Shown in pieces: positions 40,235-48,625 of a DNA stretch of 64,000 nucleotides (the stretch's first letter is position 1; each line of letters starts with the position of its first letter). Source of the stretch: an uncultured Clostridia bacterium (lineage in GTDB: Bacteria; Bacillota; Clostridia; Christensenellales; UBA1242); contig CANQAY010000003.1 of the NCBI GenBank assembly GCA_947589025.1, positions 24,907 through 88,906 of the forward strand, written 5' to 3'. Position numbers and translations under genes: made by a program. Below the pieces are notes generated by a model that did no database searches, had not been told where the DNA came from, and saw only the letters and a program-made list of their open reading frames with translations.

Positions 40235-40933
40235 ATGAAAACTATTTTAGAAATTCAAAAGTTAGATAGGCAAATTAAATTGTTAAATAGAGAAGTTGAA
40301 AAATGCCCCGCAAGTGTGGATTTTAAAAAATATAAGCAAATTTTGCAAGAGGGAAGAACGCGTTTTGAACAACTAGAATCTCAAGCTAACGAAATTATAA
40401 AAAGTTACAATAATGCTGCAAATAAATACAATAAACTAAAAGGCAACAGCGAAATTATAAGAAAACGCAACACAAAGGATATAGATTTAGATAGCGTAAA
40501 TTCCCTTATAACTGATGCCAACAGTTTGGTTGGTGAATTAAGCGAAGAAAACCGCCGCGTTGAAGATTTGGTGCGCAAATCTGAAGAGATTGTTAGAAAA
40601 AGTGCCGAGCTAAGCAACAAATTAACCGAGGCAAAAAGGCGTTCGGGCTCAATTAAGGCAAAAATTGAAGAAAAAAAGCAAGAAGTTGCCCCAAAAATTG
40701 CAGAAATTGAAAAGAAAATTAAAGAATTAGAGCCAAAAGTTCAAGATAAAGAAAAATATGCAAAATATAAAGAAATGAAGCAAAAAGGCATTTTCCCTGT
40801 TTATGTTTATATTGAAGATGTTTTTTGTGGAGGCTGCAAAGTAGAACTTTCACTTAATTTTATTGAAAAATTAAAAACAAAAAAGATGCTTACTTGTGAG
40901 CATTGCGGCAGAATAATAATGCTAGATAAGTAA
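40235..40933 (+). CDS. coiled-coil protein with a C-terminal C4 zinc ribbon (COG1579-like)
   Basis: Long heptad-rich region, then CGGC...17 aa...CEHCGRI. Confidence 0.7.
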   Translation: MKTILEIQKLDRQIKLLNREVEKCPASVDFKKYKQILQEGRTRFEQLESQANEIIKSYNNAANKYNKLKGNSEIIRKRNTKDIDLDSVNSLITDANSLVGELSEENRRVEDLVRKSEEIVRKSAELSNKLTEAKRRSGSIKAKIEEKKQEVAPKIAEIEKKIKELEPKVQDKEKYAKYKEMKQKGIFPVYVYIEDVFCGGCKVELSLNFIEKLKTKKMLTCEHCGRIIMLDK

Positions 40934-40963
40934 TATTAAACTTTGCTTTTCATATATTAAATT

Positions 40964-41983
40964 ATGAAAGGTGGAAGTTCTTTTTGGTCCACTTTGGTGG
41001 ACTATTTTTTAATTTTAAGCGCAATTATTGGGGTGGGCTTTGCTTCCGGTAAAGAAATTGGCGTGTTTTTTTTCAATTTTAGCGGTGCTTCCATATTCGG
41101 CATTGTTGCTTTTGGCTTGTTGTATTTATATTTGTTTTTTATAATAGAACATATAAAAAATAAAATTTCCCTCAACAATTATAACGAATTTAACAAAATG
41201 CTTTTTGGCAAAATGTGCAAAATAACCAATGTTGTTATGCTAATTAATTTTACAATAACCAGTGCGGGCATGTTGGCGGGTGCAGATTATTTATTTAAAA
41301 CATTTTTTAATGTTGGGTATCACATCCCTTCAATTATTTTAAGTGTGCTGGTTTGCGTGTTACTTTTGGGCGGCATTAACAAAATTAAAGCGGTTTCAAA
41401 TTTAATCATTCCAATAATGATAAGTGCAATAGTAATAAATTCACTTGTTAACATTAATCCGCAAAATATCAATTTAACAATAACCAAACAAAACGCCTAC
41501 ATGGCAATTTATTATGGCTTGCTTTTTGGCGTTAACAATTTTGTTGCGGCATTGCCCGTGCTGTTTGAATCAAAATCTAAATATAAAAGCAAAGTGTTTG
41601 TTGTGCTAACCATTTGTTTAATTATTTTATTTAACATTTTAGTGTTGGCTTCACACAATTTTACAACCGACATGCCAATGTTTGAAGCAAGCGTGAATGT
41701 ATCTGCTTGGTTTTATTATGTATATTTTATAACATTAATTTTGGCATTGTTTTCAACCCTTATGATATGCAGCTATAACATGCAAAAAATTATTTTTAAT
41801 AATAAAAAAAGTTTGTTTTCTGTCATGTTTGTTGTGCTAATAAATTTAATATTTTCCCAGTTGGGTTATGCTTTTATTGTTAAATATATGTATGTGGTGT
41901 CGGGCATTATTAGTGCTGTTTACATAGTTGTTATGATAATTTTAATTATTAGCAAGCTAATAAAACTTAAAGCAAAAAAATAA
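40964..41983 (+). CDS. polytopic membrane protein, YkvI-like transporter family (tentative)
   Basis: About 10 hydrophobic helices; N-terminal IGVGFASGKEI resembles the YkvI-family motif. Confidence 0.45.
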   Translation: MKGGSSFWSTLVDYFLILSAIIGVGFASGKEIGVFFFNFSGASIFGIVAFGLLYLYLFFIIEHIKNKISLNNYNEFNKMLFGKMCKITNVVMLINFTITSAGMLAGADYLFKTFFNVGYHIPSIILSVLVCVLLLGGINKIKAVSNLIIPIMISAIVINSLVNINPQNINLTITKQNAYMAIYYGLLFGVNNFVAALPVLFESKSKYKSKVFVVLTICLIILFNILVLASHNFTTDMPMFEASVNVSAWFYYVYFITLILALFSTLMICSYNMQKIIFNNKKSLFSVMFVVLINLIFSQLGYAFIVKYMYVVSGIISAVYIVVMIILIISKLIKLKAKK

Positions 41984-42009
41984 AAAATGCTAAAATTTTG
42001 CCAATTTTT

Positions 42010-42558
42010 TTAAATTTTGTAGCATTTTTTGTAAAATTTTAAATTTTTTTCAATTTTTTTAATGTAAAGTGCCGTTTCGTTATAGGGGATTTTATTTAAA
42101 GTTTTTTCATCGTTTGAATAAGTTTTGTCTTTAAGCCAACTTCTAACTTTAGTTTCGCCAGCGTTGTAAGCCGCCAACGCAGTGTTTATGTTGTTAAATT
42201 TTTTTAGTAAATAATTTAAATACATACACCCAAATTTTATGTTTGTTTCTGCCTTAAGCAAATCCGCTTCATTAATTGTAACATTAAGTTTGTAATAGTT
42301 TACTAAATAATTTGCCGTATCTTGTTTTACTTGCATTAAACCCAATGCATTTTTATTTGACTTTGCATTTTTGTTATATCCGCTTTCAACATTAATAACA
42401 CTTGCAATTATTGATGGCGAGATATTGTAAATTTCTGCGTTTTGCATTATTATATTTTCATATTTAACAGGGTGAGTTAGGCTTAAAAAAGTTTTGCCAA
42501 ACGCTAAAAAAAGCGTGCAAACAAAAATAACTATTAAACAATATGCCCACCTTTTCAT
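42010..42558 (-). CDS. lytic transglycosylase (SLT domain) with an N-terminal anchor or signal
   Basis: VESGYN (catalytic Glu), GLMQV, AAYNAG motifs. Start preferred at MKRWAYCLIV (42558); the track ORF extends to 42594. Confidence 0.85.
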   Translation of the reverse strand: MKRWAYCLIVIFVCTLFLAFGKTFLSLTHPVKYENIIMQNAEIYNISPSIIASVINVESGYNKNAKSNKNALGLMQVKQDTANYLVNYYKLNVTINEADLLKAETNIKFGCMYLNYLLKKFNNINTALAAYNAGETKVRSWLKDKTYSNDEKTLNKIPYNETALYIKKIEKNLKFYKKCYKI

Positions 42559-42666
42559 ATTTTTATTATACTCAACAAAAACACAAATTTTCATTTATTG
42601 TAAAAAATCAGTTGACTTATTTTTAGGGGGGTGGGGTAAAATATTATTAATAATAATGGAGGTAAA

Positions 42667-43575
42667 ATGAAAGGTTTAAAAAAGGTTTTAAGTTTAATTT
42701 TTATTTTAATGTTTAGCTGCACAATGTTTTTTGGCTGCGGTGAAAAAGCCCCAGACACAACCGAATCAATTATAAGCCTAACCGAAGCTAAAAAGATTGT
42801 TGAAACGGGCACGGACGCAACCTACAATAAATATCACAAAACCAAAGCCATTGCCGCTTTAACTGGGGCGGAAGGACACAATGTTTTTGATTGCTTTAAA
42901 ACAGTGGAATTTAGCGGTTATGCGGATTTGGCCACCCCATACGGGCCAACCATCGATTACTATAAAACGCTAATGGAAAATGTTGATGGTGAGTTTACAA
43001 AATATACCGTTGAATTAAGTGACATAATTAATGGAGAAGAACATATATCAATAAAAGAATATTTTGACGGGCAGGATAAATACTGTTATTATGCACTAAA
43101 TGAAGAATACACAAAAAATGACAATTCAAGCACGCTTGGTCCGGATCATAGTTATGTGCAATTTGCTCTTCGTTGGCTTAACACGGATAGTTATGATCAA
43201 ATGTTTAAACAAAACGTTAAAAAAATTACCACCAATGACGGATACAGTTTAGTTTTTGATATTTCGCTTGAAACAGTTGTAACCTATTGCTTTAATTGGG
43301 ATGCGCAAACAGTGGCGGATTTTATGGATAAATATGGAAATCCGGATAACGAACTGTATGAATATTATCAAGCATGCTATTCCAAACTTGTAAGCACCTT
43401 AACCATACAATTTAACAATAATAATGAATTTTTAAACTTTGAATTGCACGCAAAAGGGCAGGAATTGTGGGATAAAAACCCAGAGAATTTTTATGATATG
43501 GAATTTAGCCAAACATTAAAACCATCAAGCGCTGAGGTTAGCGAGCCAGATTGGTTTAAAACCCACACTTGGTAA
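42667..43575 (+). CDS. hypothetical lipoprotein
   Basis: Signal peptide with a lipobox-like FFGC (MKGLKKVLSLIFILMFSCTMFFGCGEK). Confidence 0.6.
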   Translation: MKGLKKVLSLIFILMFSCTMFFGCGEKAPDTTESIISLTEAKKIVETGTDATYNKYHKTKAIAALTGAEGHNVFDCFKTVEFSGYADLATPYGPTIDYYKTLMENVDGEFTKYTVELSDIINGEEHISIKEYFDGQDKYCYYALNEEYTKNDNSSTLGPDHSYVQFALRWLNTDSYDQMFKQNVKKITTNDGYSLVFDISLETVVTYCFNWDAQTVADFMDKYGNPDNELYEYYQACYSKLVSTLTIQFNNNNEFLNFELHAKGQELWDKNPENFYDMEFSQTLKPSSAEVSEPDWFKTHTW

Positions 43576-43576
43576 G

Positions 43577-43606
43577 AAAATTCAACTTTTTAGTTGAATT
43601 TTTTTA
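43577..43606. terminator. bidirectional terminator between the lipoprotein gene and dinB
   Basis: AAAATTCAACT-tttt-AGTTGAATTTT with flanking A/T runs. Confidence 0.75.
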
Positions 43607-44785
43607 AAACAATTCAAAATCCTTTGCCAAGCCTATGGCACCTTCCCCAAATTTTTCTTTAAGTTTATCTATTGCCGAACACAATTGCTCGTTTTTAGCA
43701 TCTGCAAACAAATTTACCTGCTTATCTTCCCCCTTAATTGTTAGGTTTGTGGTGCAAATGCGCAATGCTCGCACTGGGGCAAATTTTTCACCCGCAAGGC
43801 CCAAAAAAAGTTCCAACGCAAGCTTATAAATGTCGTGTTCATTGCTAAAATAATAGCTCATGCTTGTTTGTGCACTCAAATATGTAAAATCGGCAAACTT
43901 AATGCTTAAATGCACCGTTCTTGCCGCAAATTGGTGCGCACGCAAACGATGGGAAATTTTAACTGTCAAATCTTTTAAAAAATCCTTAATTTCATCAATG
44001 GTTGTCATATCATGCACGGCGGTTGCACCATTGCCAACGCTTTTTGTATCCTCATCTTTGGGCGTAATAAGTTTATCGTCATCAATGCCGCTAACTGCGT
44101 TGTGCAGTGCCACGCCCACAATGCCAAAATGGTGCTTTAAAAGGGCGGGGTCAAGCAAATATAAATCATAAAGAGTGTTAACATTCATCATGTGCAGTTT
44201 TTTAGCGGTGTGCCTGCCAACCATAATCATATCTTCAATTTTTAATTGTTTTATTGTGTCAATATAATTGTTTTCATTAATTTCGGTTAAGCCAAGCGGC
44301 TTTTTCATATCGCTGCCCAATTTTGCCAGCGTTTTTCCCCACGAAATGCCAATTGAAACGGACAACCCCAACTCTTTTAACACATCATTTTGTATGCGCC
44401 TGGCAAGTTCAATTGGGGTGGAGTTAAACAACTTTAAGCTGTCCGTCACATCCAGCCAACACTCGTCAATGCCAAACGGCTCAATCATGTCGGTATATCT
44501 ACAATAAATTGCGTGTGCTTTTTCGCTAAGTTCTTGATATTTTTCAAATTTTGGTGCCACAATTATAAGGGTGGGGCATTTTTGTCTTGCCTCCCAAATT
44601 GCCTCGCCCGTTTTAATGCCAAACGCCTTTGCCAAATAATTTTTTGCCAAAATTATGCCAGTTCGCTTGCTTGGGTCGCCCGCCACGGCAACCGCATAAT
44701 TTTTAATGCCGGGGTTAATTAAGCACTCCACAGAAGCGTAAAAATTGTTCATATCAATGTGTAAAATAACTCTTTTTTTGTTCAT
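43604..44785 (-). CDS. dinB: DNA polymerase IV (Y-family)
   Basis: ILHIDMNNFYASVE, SIDE/DECWLDVT region, little-finger C-terminus. Start set at MNKKRV (44785), preceded by GGAGGG. The track ORF extends to 44899. Confidence 0.93.
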   Translation of the reverse strand: MNKKRVILHIDMNNFYASVECLINPGIKNYAVAVAGDPSKRTGIILAKNYLAKAFGIKTGEAIWEARQKCPTLIIVAPKFEKYQELSEKAHAIYCRYTDMIEPFGIDECWLDVTDSLKLFNSTPIELARRIQNDVLKELGLSVSIGISWGKTLAKLGSDMKKPLGLTEINENNYIDTIKQLKIEDMIMVGRHTAKKLHMMNVNTLYDLYLLDPALLKHHFGIVGVALHNAVSGIDDDKLITPKDEDTKSVGNGATAVHDMTTIDEIKDFLKDLTVKISHRLRAHQFAARTVHLSIKFADFTYLSAQTSMSYYFSNEHDIYKLALELFLGLAGEKFAPVRALRICTTNLTIKGEDKQVNLFADAKNEQLCSAIDKLKEKFGEGAIGLAKDFELF

Positions 44786-44806
44786 CCCGCCCTCCAACAT
44801 ACCAAA

Positions 44807-44835
44807 ATTATAGCACATATGTTCTATAAAGTCAA
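44807..44835 (-). promoter_or_regulatory. dinB promoter
   Basis: On the minus strand: TTGACT (44835-44830), 17-nt spacer, TATAAT (44812-44807). Confidence 0.65.
44813..44824. promoter_or_regulatory. second, imperfect SOS-box-like site inside the dinB promoter spacer
   Basis: The minus strand reads GAACATATGTGC (one mismatch in the right half-site GTTC). Confidence 0.5.
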
Positions 44836-44842
44836 TAATTAT

Positions 44843-44856
44843 CGAACATTTGTTCG
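44843..44856. promoter_or_regulatory. LexA operator (Cheo/SOS box)
   Basis: CGAACATTTGTTCG is a perfect palindromic match to the Firmicutes consensus CGAAC-N4-GTTCG. It lies just upstream of the dinB -35. Confidence 0.85.
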
Positions 44857-44940
44857 AATAATTTGCACAATAATTTAACAAAACCATATTGACAAACATA
44901 TAAAAGGATGATAAAATTATAATGTTTTAAGGAGGGGAAA

Positions 44941-45228
44941 ATGAATTTAACCGAGGAACAAGCATTAAATATTGCAAAAGATGTAGATAAAAGATTACCT
45001 AAATTTGCATATACTTTTAAGCCAGCAAGCGAAGTTGGGCTAGAGGGGTTTGATTGGGTGTTGTCTTTTGAAGTTAAATTGGAACAAGGCGGCAATGATA
45101 GTTACGATTTTTATTTTGGAGATGATAAATCTGAAATGTATCCATTAAAAAATTCGTTGCAACTAAAAATTGACATAACCAAAATTGTTGATGACGTTTT
45201 AAACCGCACCACCAATAACAACTTGTAA
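44941..45228 (+). CDS. hypothetical 95-aa protein, divergent from dinB
   Basis: GGAGGGG RBS. Upstream TTGACA (44889-44894), 17-nt spacer, TAAAAT. No motif recognised. Confidence 0.55.
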   Translation: MNLTEEQALNIAKDVDKRLPKFAYTFKPASEVGLEGFDWVLSFEVKLEQGGNDSYDFYFGDDKSEMYPLKNSLQLKIDITKIVDDVLNRTTNNNL

Positions 45229-45301
45229 ATAAAGGGCAAAACCCTTTATTTTTTTGACATTAAATAAAATTTATGCTATATTAAAGCAAAATGGAGATGT
45301 A

Positions 45302-45886
45302 ATGAGATTTATTAACGCAAAATTTATTAAAAGCGCCAGCAAAAAGGCGGAATTTATTGTGGATGATTTGCCACAAGTTTCTGTTGTTGGGCGCAGCAAT
45401 GTGGGTAAATCCAGTTTAATAAATATGCTAACCAACATAAAAAATTTGGCAAAAACAAGTTCCACCCCGGGCAGAACGCGGCTTGTTAACTACTTTAACA
45501 TAAATAACCAGTTTTATTTGGTGGATTTACCTGGCTACGGCTACAATAAGGCGGGCAAAAGCACGGCAAACGCGTGGGATAGCATTATGAATGACTATTT
45601 TTTAAATAACGAAAAATTAAAACTTGTTTTGCTTTTGCTGGATTGCCGCCACGAGCCAAGCGAACTTGATAAGCAGATGGCAGATTATTTAATGACAAAT
45701 GAAATTCCTTTTGTTATAGTGTTAACCAAAACGGACAAAGTTAGCCGTAGTGAACTTAACCTAAACAAAGCAAAAATAGCAAAGTTTTTGCGTTTTAATA
45801 TAGATTTAATTGTGCCATCCAGTGCCCTAAAAAAGCAGGGCAGTGACAGTTTGGGCGCAATTATTGAAGAATACATTGGAAAATAA
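45302..45886 (+). CDS. engB: ribosome biogenesis GTPase EngB/YsxC/YihA
   Basis: GRSNVGKSSLIN G1, DLPGYGY G3, TKTDK G4. Start at MRFINAKF (45302). Promoter TTGACA (45254-45259), 17-nt spacer, TATATT. Confidence 0.92.
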   Translation: MRFINAKFIKSASKKAEFIVDDLPQVSVVGRSNVGKSSLINMLTNIKNLAKTSSTPGRTRLVNYFNINNQFYLVDLPGYGYNKAGKSTANAWDSIMNDYFLNNEKLKLVLLLLDCRHEPSELDKQMADYLMTNEIPFVIVLTKTDKVSRSELNLNKAKIAKFLRFNIDLIVPSSALKKQGSDSLGAIIEEYIGK

Positions 45887-45910
45887 AAAATTGCCATTTG
45901 GCAATTTTTT
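45886..45910. terminator. bidirectional terminator between engB and the convergent gene
   Basis: AAAATTGCC-attt-GGCAATTTT flanked by A/T runs. Confidence 0.75.
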
Positions 45911-46575
45911 TAACGGGTGTTAGTTGATTGTGGGCTAACGGCGGTTGGGTATAGTGGCAAATCAAACACGCCTGGGCAAACGCCTTCGTTTTGATAAGGT
46001 GTGCATGGTGGTATTGGGCAATAGCCATAACTTGGCACAAGCACATCAACCACTGCAACAACTTTTAAAATTGTTGTAACGCAAGCGTTAATTGTAAAGC
46101 CGTTTGTGGTTGGGTTAAAACTGCCCGCACCAACAACTGCGCTGCCAAATGCCACAACTTCAATTGGGGTTAAAGATGGCTGCGGAACATATAAAATAAC
46201 ATCTTGGTTTAAACTTATTGTTCCGGTTGCCGTGCCCGGCACATTGTTTGCATCGGTATATGTAACTGTTACAGGAATGTTAATTGTTGCTTGCACGCGT
46301 GAAAAGTTTGGCCTATCATCAAATCTTGTTATAACAAGGTTTGTTACGGTGGCAGTTCCTCCTAACGAATTTCCACTTATAAAAGTTAGCGGGTAGGTTG
46401 GGTTGGCAGGATTTTGATTGGTTAATGTAAGTGAATAATCTTCAATTTGAGATTGATTCATACATGCGTCAAAAACCTTTGTGGCTTGCAAACAAATCCT
46501 TTCACATAATCCGTTGGTTACATTGTTTGTCTGCCCAGGGAATATACCCGGCCTAGAATCAGTGTAAAATGACAT
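45910..46575 (-). CDS. hypothetical Cys-framed, Thr/Asn/Pro/Val-rich beta protein (orphan; possible spore or envelope structural protein)
   Basis: Strong AGGAGG RBS. The coding region is visibly more GC-rich than its neighbours. Cys clusters at both ends (CERICLQATKVFDAC; CPIPPCTPYQNEGVCPG). Confidence 0.6.
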   Translation of the reverse strand: MSFYTDSRPGIFPGQTNNVTNGLCERICLQATKVFDACMNQSQIEDYSLTLTNQNPANPTYPLTFISGNSLGGTATVTNLVITRFDDRPNFSRVQATINIPVTVTYTDANNVPGTATGTISLNQDVILYVPQPSLTPIEVVAFGSAVVGAGSFNPTTNGFTINACVTTILKVVAVVDVLVPSYGYCPIPPCTPYQNEGVCPGVFDLPLYPTAVSPQSTNTR

Positions 46576-46634
46576 TTTTTTATAAACCTCCTATGATATT
46601 AATATAATATTCATAGTTTTGTTTTTGTGTGAAT

Positions 46635-46717
46635 GGGGCGTTTGTAAACTTCGTTTAAAAATGTTTAGCCGCGCACGGCTAAACATTTGCGGGCGCAAAA
46701 GCGCCCGCAAACGCCCC
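46635..46717. other. GC-rich perfectly nested four-helix structured element (candidate ncRNA, leader or DNA cruciform site)
   Basis: P1 GGGGCGTTT/AAACGCCCC encloses hairpins of 5, 13 and 8 bp with 3-4 nt loops. There are 35 Watson-Crick pairs and no mismatch. See findings. Confidence 0.6.
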
Positions 46718-46743
46718 TAATTGTTTGACAAGTTTAAAAAAAA

Positions 46744-47346
46744 ATGATAATCTTAACAATAATGCTGTATGTTATTTTAATTTTAGTGGGCTTATCAATA
46801 TCAATATTGTTAGGCTTAACGGTTGGCGTAAACACATTGCCTTTCACTTTAGGTGAAATAATGCGTTGTGTGTTTGTTTCGTTTATTTTTCTGTTTGTAA
46901 TAGACCTTATTATTGCATTAATTGTTCGTTGGTTTTTGCCCAAAAAATTAACAAACCCCTTTTTAAAAATTTACACAGTGCATAACTGGGAGCGTAAATT
47001 TTACAATAAATTAGGCATTCGCATTTGGAAGGATAAGATACCCGAAGCAGGCAAATTTTTTGCCAATTTTGATAAAAGCAAGGTTAACAATATAAGCGAC
47101 AATAATCATCTTTACAAATTTATGCAAGAAACCATTTATGCCGAGCACATGCACTTTTTAAGTGCAATATTTGGGTTGCTTGTTGTGTTTGTTAATTTAA
47201 AGTTGTGGTATATTGTGGCTTTGCCGTTAATTATTGTTAATGCAATAATAAATTTAATGCCAGTAATGGTGCAGCGTTATAATAGGCCAAGGTTAATGCT
47301 AGCATATTTAAGGAACGAGCGCAACTTAACCCCAAAAGGAACATAA
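46744..47346 (+). CDS. membrane protein, possibly glycosyl-4,4'-diaponeurosporenoate acyltransferase-like family (tentative)
   Basis: TM helices plus W.RK.Y..LGIR.WKD..P and a C-terminal QRYNRPR motif that I associate with that family. Start uncertain (46744 or 46762). Confidence 0.45.
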   Translation: MIILTIMLYVILILVGLSISILLGLTVGVNTLPFTLGEIMRCVFVSFIFLFVIDLIIALIVRWFLPKKLTNPFLKIYTVHNWERKFYNKLGIRIWKDKIPEAGKFFANFDKSKVNNISDNNHLYKFMQETIYAEHMHFLSAIFGLLVVFVNLKLWYIVALPLIIVNAIINLMPVMVQRYNRPRLMLAYLRNERNLTPKGT

Positions 47347-47347
47347 T

Positions 47348-48043
47348 ATGAAAATTTTTTCAATAAGTGACCTGCATCTTGATATAAACAACACAAAGCC
47401 GATGGATATATTCGGACCTGTTTGGCACGGCCACACAAACAAAATTGTTGCCGATTGGAAAAATAAAGTGACCGATGACGATATTGTAATTTTGGCGGGA
47501 GATTATTCTTGGGCAATGAAATTAAACGATGTGGTGCCCGATTTTGAGTTTCTTAATAACTTGCCGGGCACAAAAATCATAATACGCGGCAACCATGATT
47601 ATTGGTGGAGCAGCATAGCCCGTGTGCGTGAAAAATTGCCGCCTAAAACGTTCGCCCTTCAAAATGATGCAATTAAAATTGGGGAATATATATTTTGTGG
47701 CAACCGTGGTTGGCTTATTCCACAAGGCAAATATGATACTGAAGAAAACCGAAAACTTTACGCTCGCGAAGTTATTAGGCTGGAACTTTCTTTGCAAGCC
47801 GCAAAAAAATTGCAAACAAATAATGAAAAAATCATTTTTATAACACATTATCCGCCTTTTAACAATAAAATTGAGCCAAGCGAATACACTAGCCTAATTG
47901 AAGAATATGGCGTTTATAAAGTTGTTTTTGCCCATTTGCACGGCTATGTTAACCCAAAAATGTTGTATAATGAAATTAATGGCGTAGCATACTATTTAAC
48001 AAGTTGTGACGCCTTAAAAAACACATTAATTCAAATAGATTAA
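47348..48043 (+). CDS. metallophosphoesterase (calcineurin-like)
   Basis: SDLHLD, GDYSW, GNHDYWW, HYPP, AHLHG motifs. Confidence 0.82.
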   Translation: MKIFSISDLHLDINNTKPMDIFGPVWHGHTNKIVADWKNKVTDDDIVILAGDYSWAMKLNDVVPDFEFLNNLPGTKIIIRGNHDYWWSSIARVREKLPPKTFALQNDAIKIGEYIFCGNRGWLIPQGKYDTEENRKLYAREVIRLELSLQAAKKLQTNNEKIIFITHYPPFNNKIEPSEYTSLIEEYGVYKVVFAHLHGYVNPKMLYNEINGVAYYLTSCDALKNTLIQID

Positions 48044-48051
48044 GGGAAGTT

Positions 48052-48612
48052 ATGAAATTAAACAAAAAAACAACATTAAAAAATGGTGAAGTTTTAACAT
48101 TGCGTACTGCCAAATTAGAAGATGCGCCCAATTTGGTTGATTACTATAATCAATTATATGCCGAAACCAACAATTTCACTCGAGGCAAAGAAGATGCCCC
48201 TCTTGTTTTAAAAAGTGAATTAGAGTATTTAAAAACCCAAAATTTGCCAAGAAATGTTATGCTTGTTGCCATAATTAACAAAACAATTGTTGGGCATGTT
48301 GTTATATCTGAAAAATCTTCAAAAATGAAATTAAAACATAGGTGTGAATTTACTATTGGCGTGCTTAAACAACATTGGGGCAAAGGGATTGCTGGCAAGA
48401 TGATGATGGAAATTATAAAGCTGGCAACAAACTTGAATTATGAACAAATTGATTTGGTAGTTTTAAAATCCAACACACGCGCTATTGAATTATATAATTC
48501 TTTTGGGTTTGAAATAACAGGTGAAATAAAACACTCATTTAAAATGGCGGACGGAAGTTATGAAGACGGCATTTTTATGACAAAATTTTTAAATTTAAAT
48601 AAAACAGTTTAA
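48052..48612 (+). CDS. GNAT family N-acetyltransferase
   Basis: Acetyl-CoA motif A region (QHWGKGIAGKMM) and the YNSFGFE C-terminal motif. Confidence 0.85.
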   Translation: MKLNKKTTLKNGEVLTLRTAKLEDAPNLVDYYNQLYAETNNFTRGKEDAPLVLKSELEYLKTQNLPRNVMLVAIINKTIVGHVVISEKSSKMKLKHRCEFTIGVLKQHWGKGIAGKMMMEIIKLATNLNYEQIDLVVLKSNTRAIELYNSFGFEITGEIKHSFKMADGSYEDGIFMTKFLNLNKTV

Positions 48613-48625
48613 TTTTAGGTGTAAA

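Noticed and set aside
42591-42812. 73-aa minus-strand ORF across the SLT/lipoprotein divergent region. Comparable ORFs are 26785..27063, 33377..33661, 16784..17080 and 46734..46943.
   Set aside because: They overlap the starts of better-supported genes on the other strand or span promoter regions. They have no RBS and a composition typical of AT-rich noise.
44786-44899. 38-codon N-terminal extension of DinB in the track ORF. Analogous extensions occur for Obg (12189..12209), the ABC permease (62609..62671), EngB (45254..45301), the cysteine desulfurase (13268..13306) and TsaB-RimI (16939..16968).
   Set aside because: The extensions run through promoter or operator sequences or the upstream gene. 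Internal ATGs with good RBS give the canonical family N-termini.
46635-46717. Possibility that the four-helix element is a tRNA or tRNA-like gene.
   Set aside because: The stem lengths (9/5/13/8 bp) and 3-4 nt loops are incompatible with D, anticodon and T arms. There is no 7-nt anticodon loop, no TPsiC-type loop sequence and no CCA context.
46725-46730. TTGACA on the plus strand as the -35 for the 46744 gene.
   Set aside because: It lies only 13 nt upstream of the annotated ATG, so it cannot drive that start. It could only serve a leaderless or downstream start (ATG 46762). It is therefore left uncalled and mentioned only as context.
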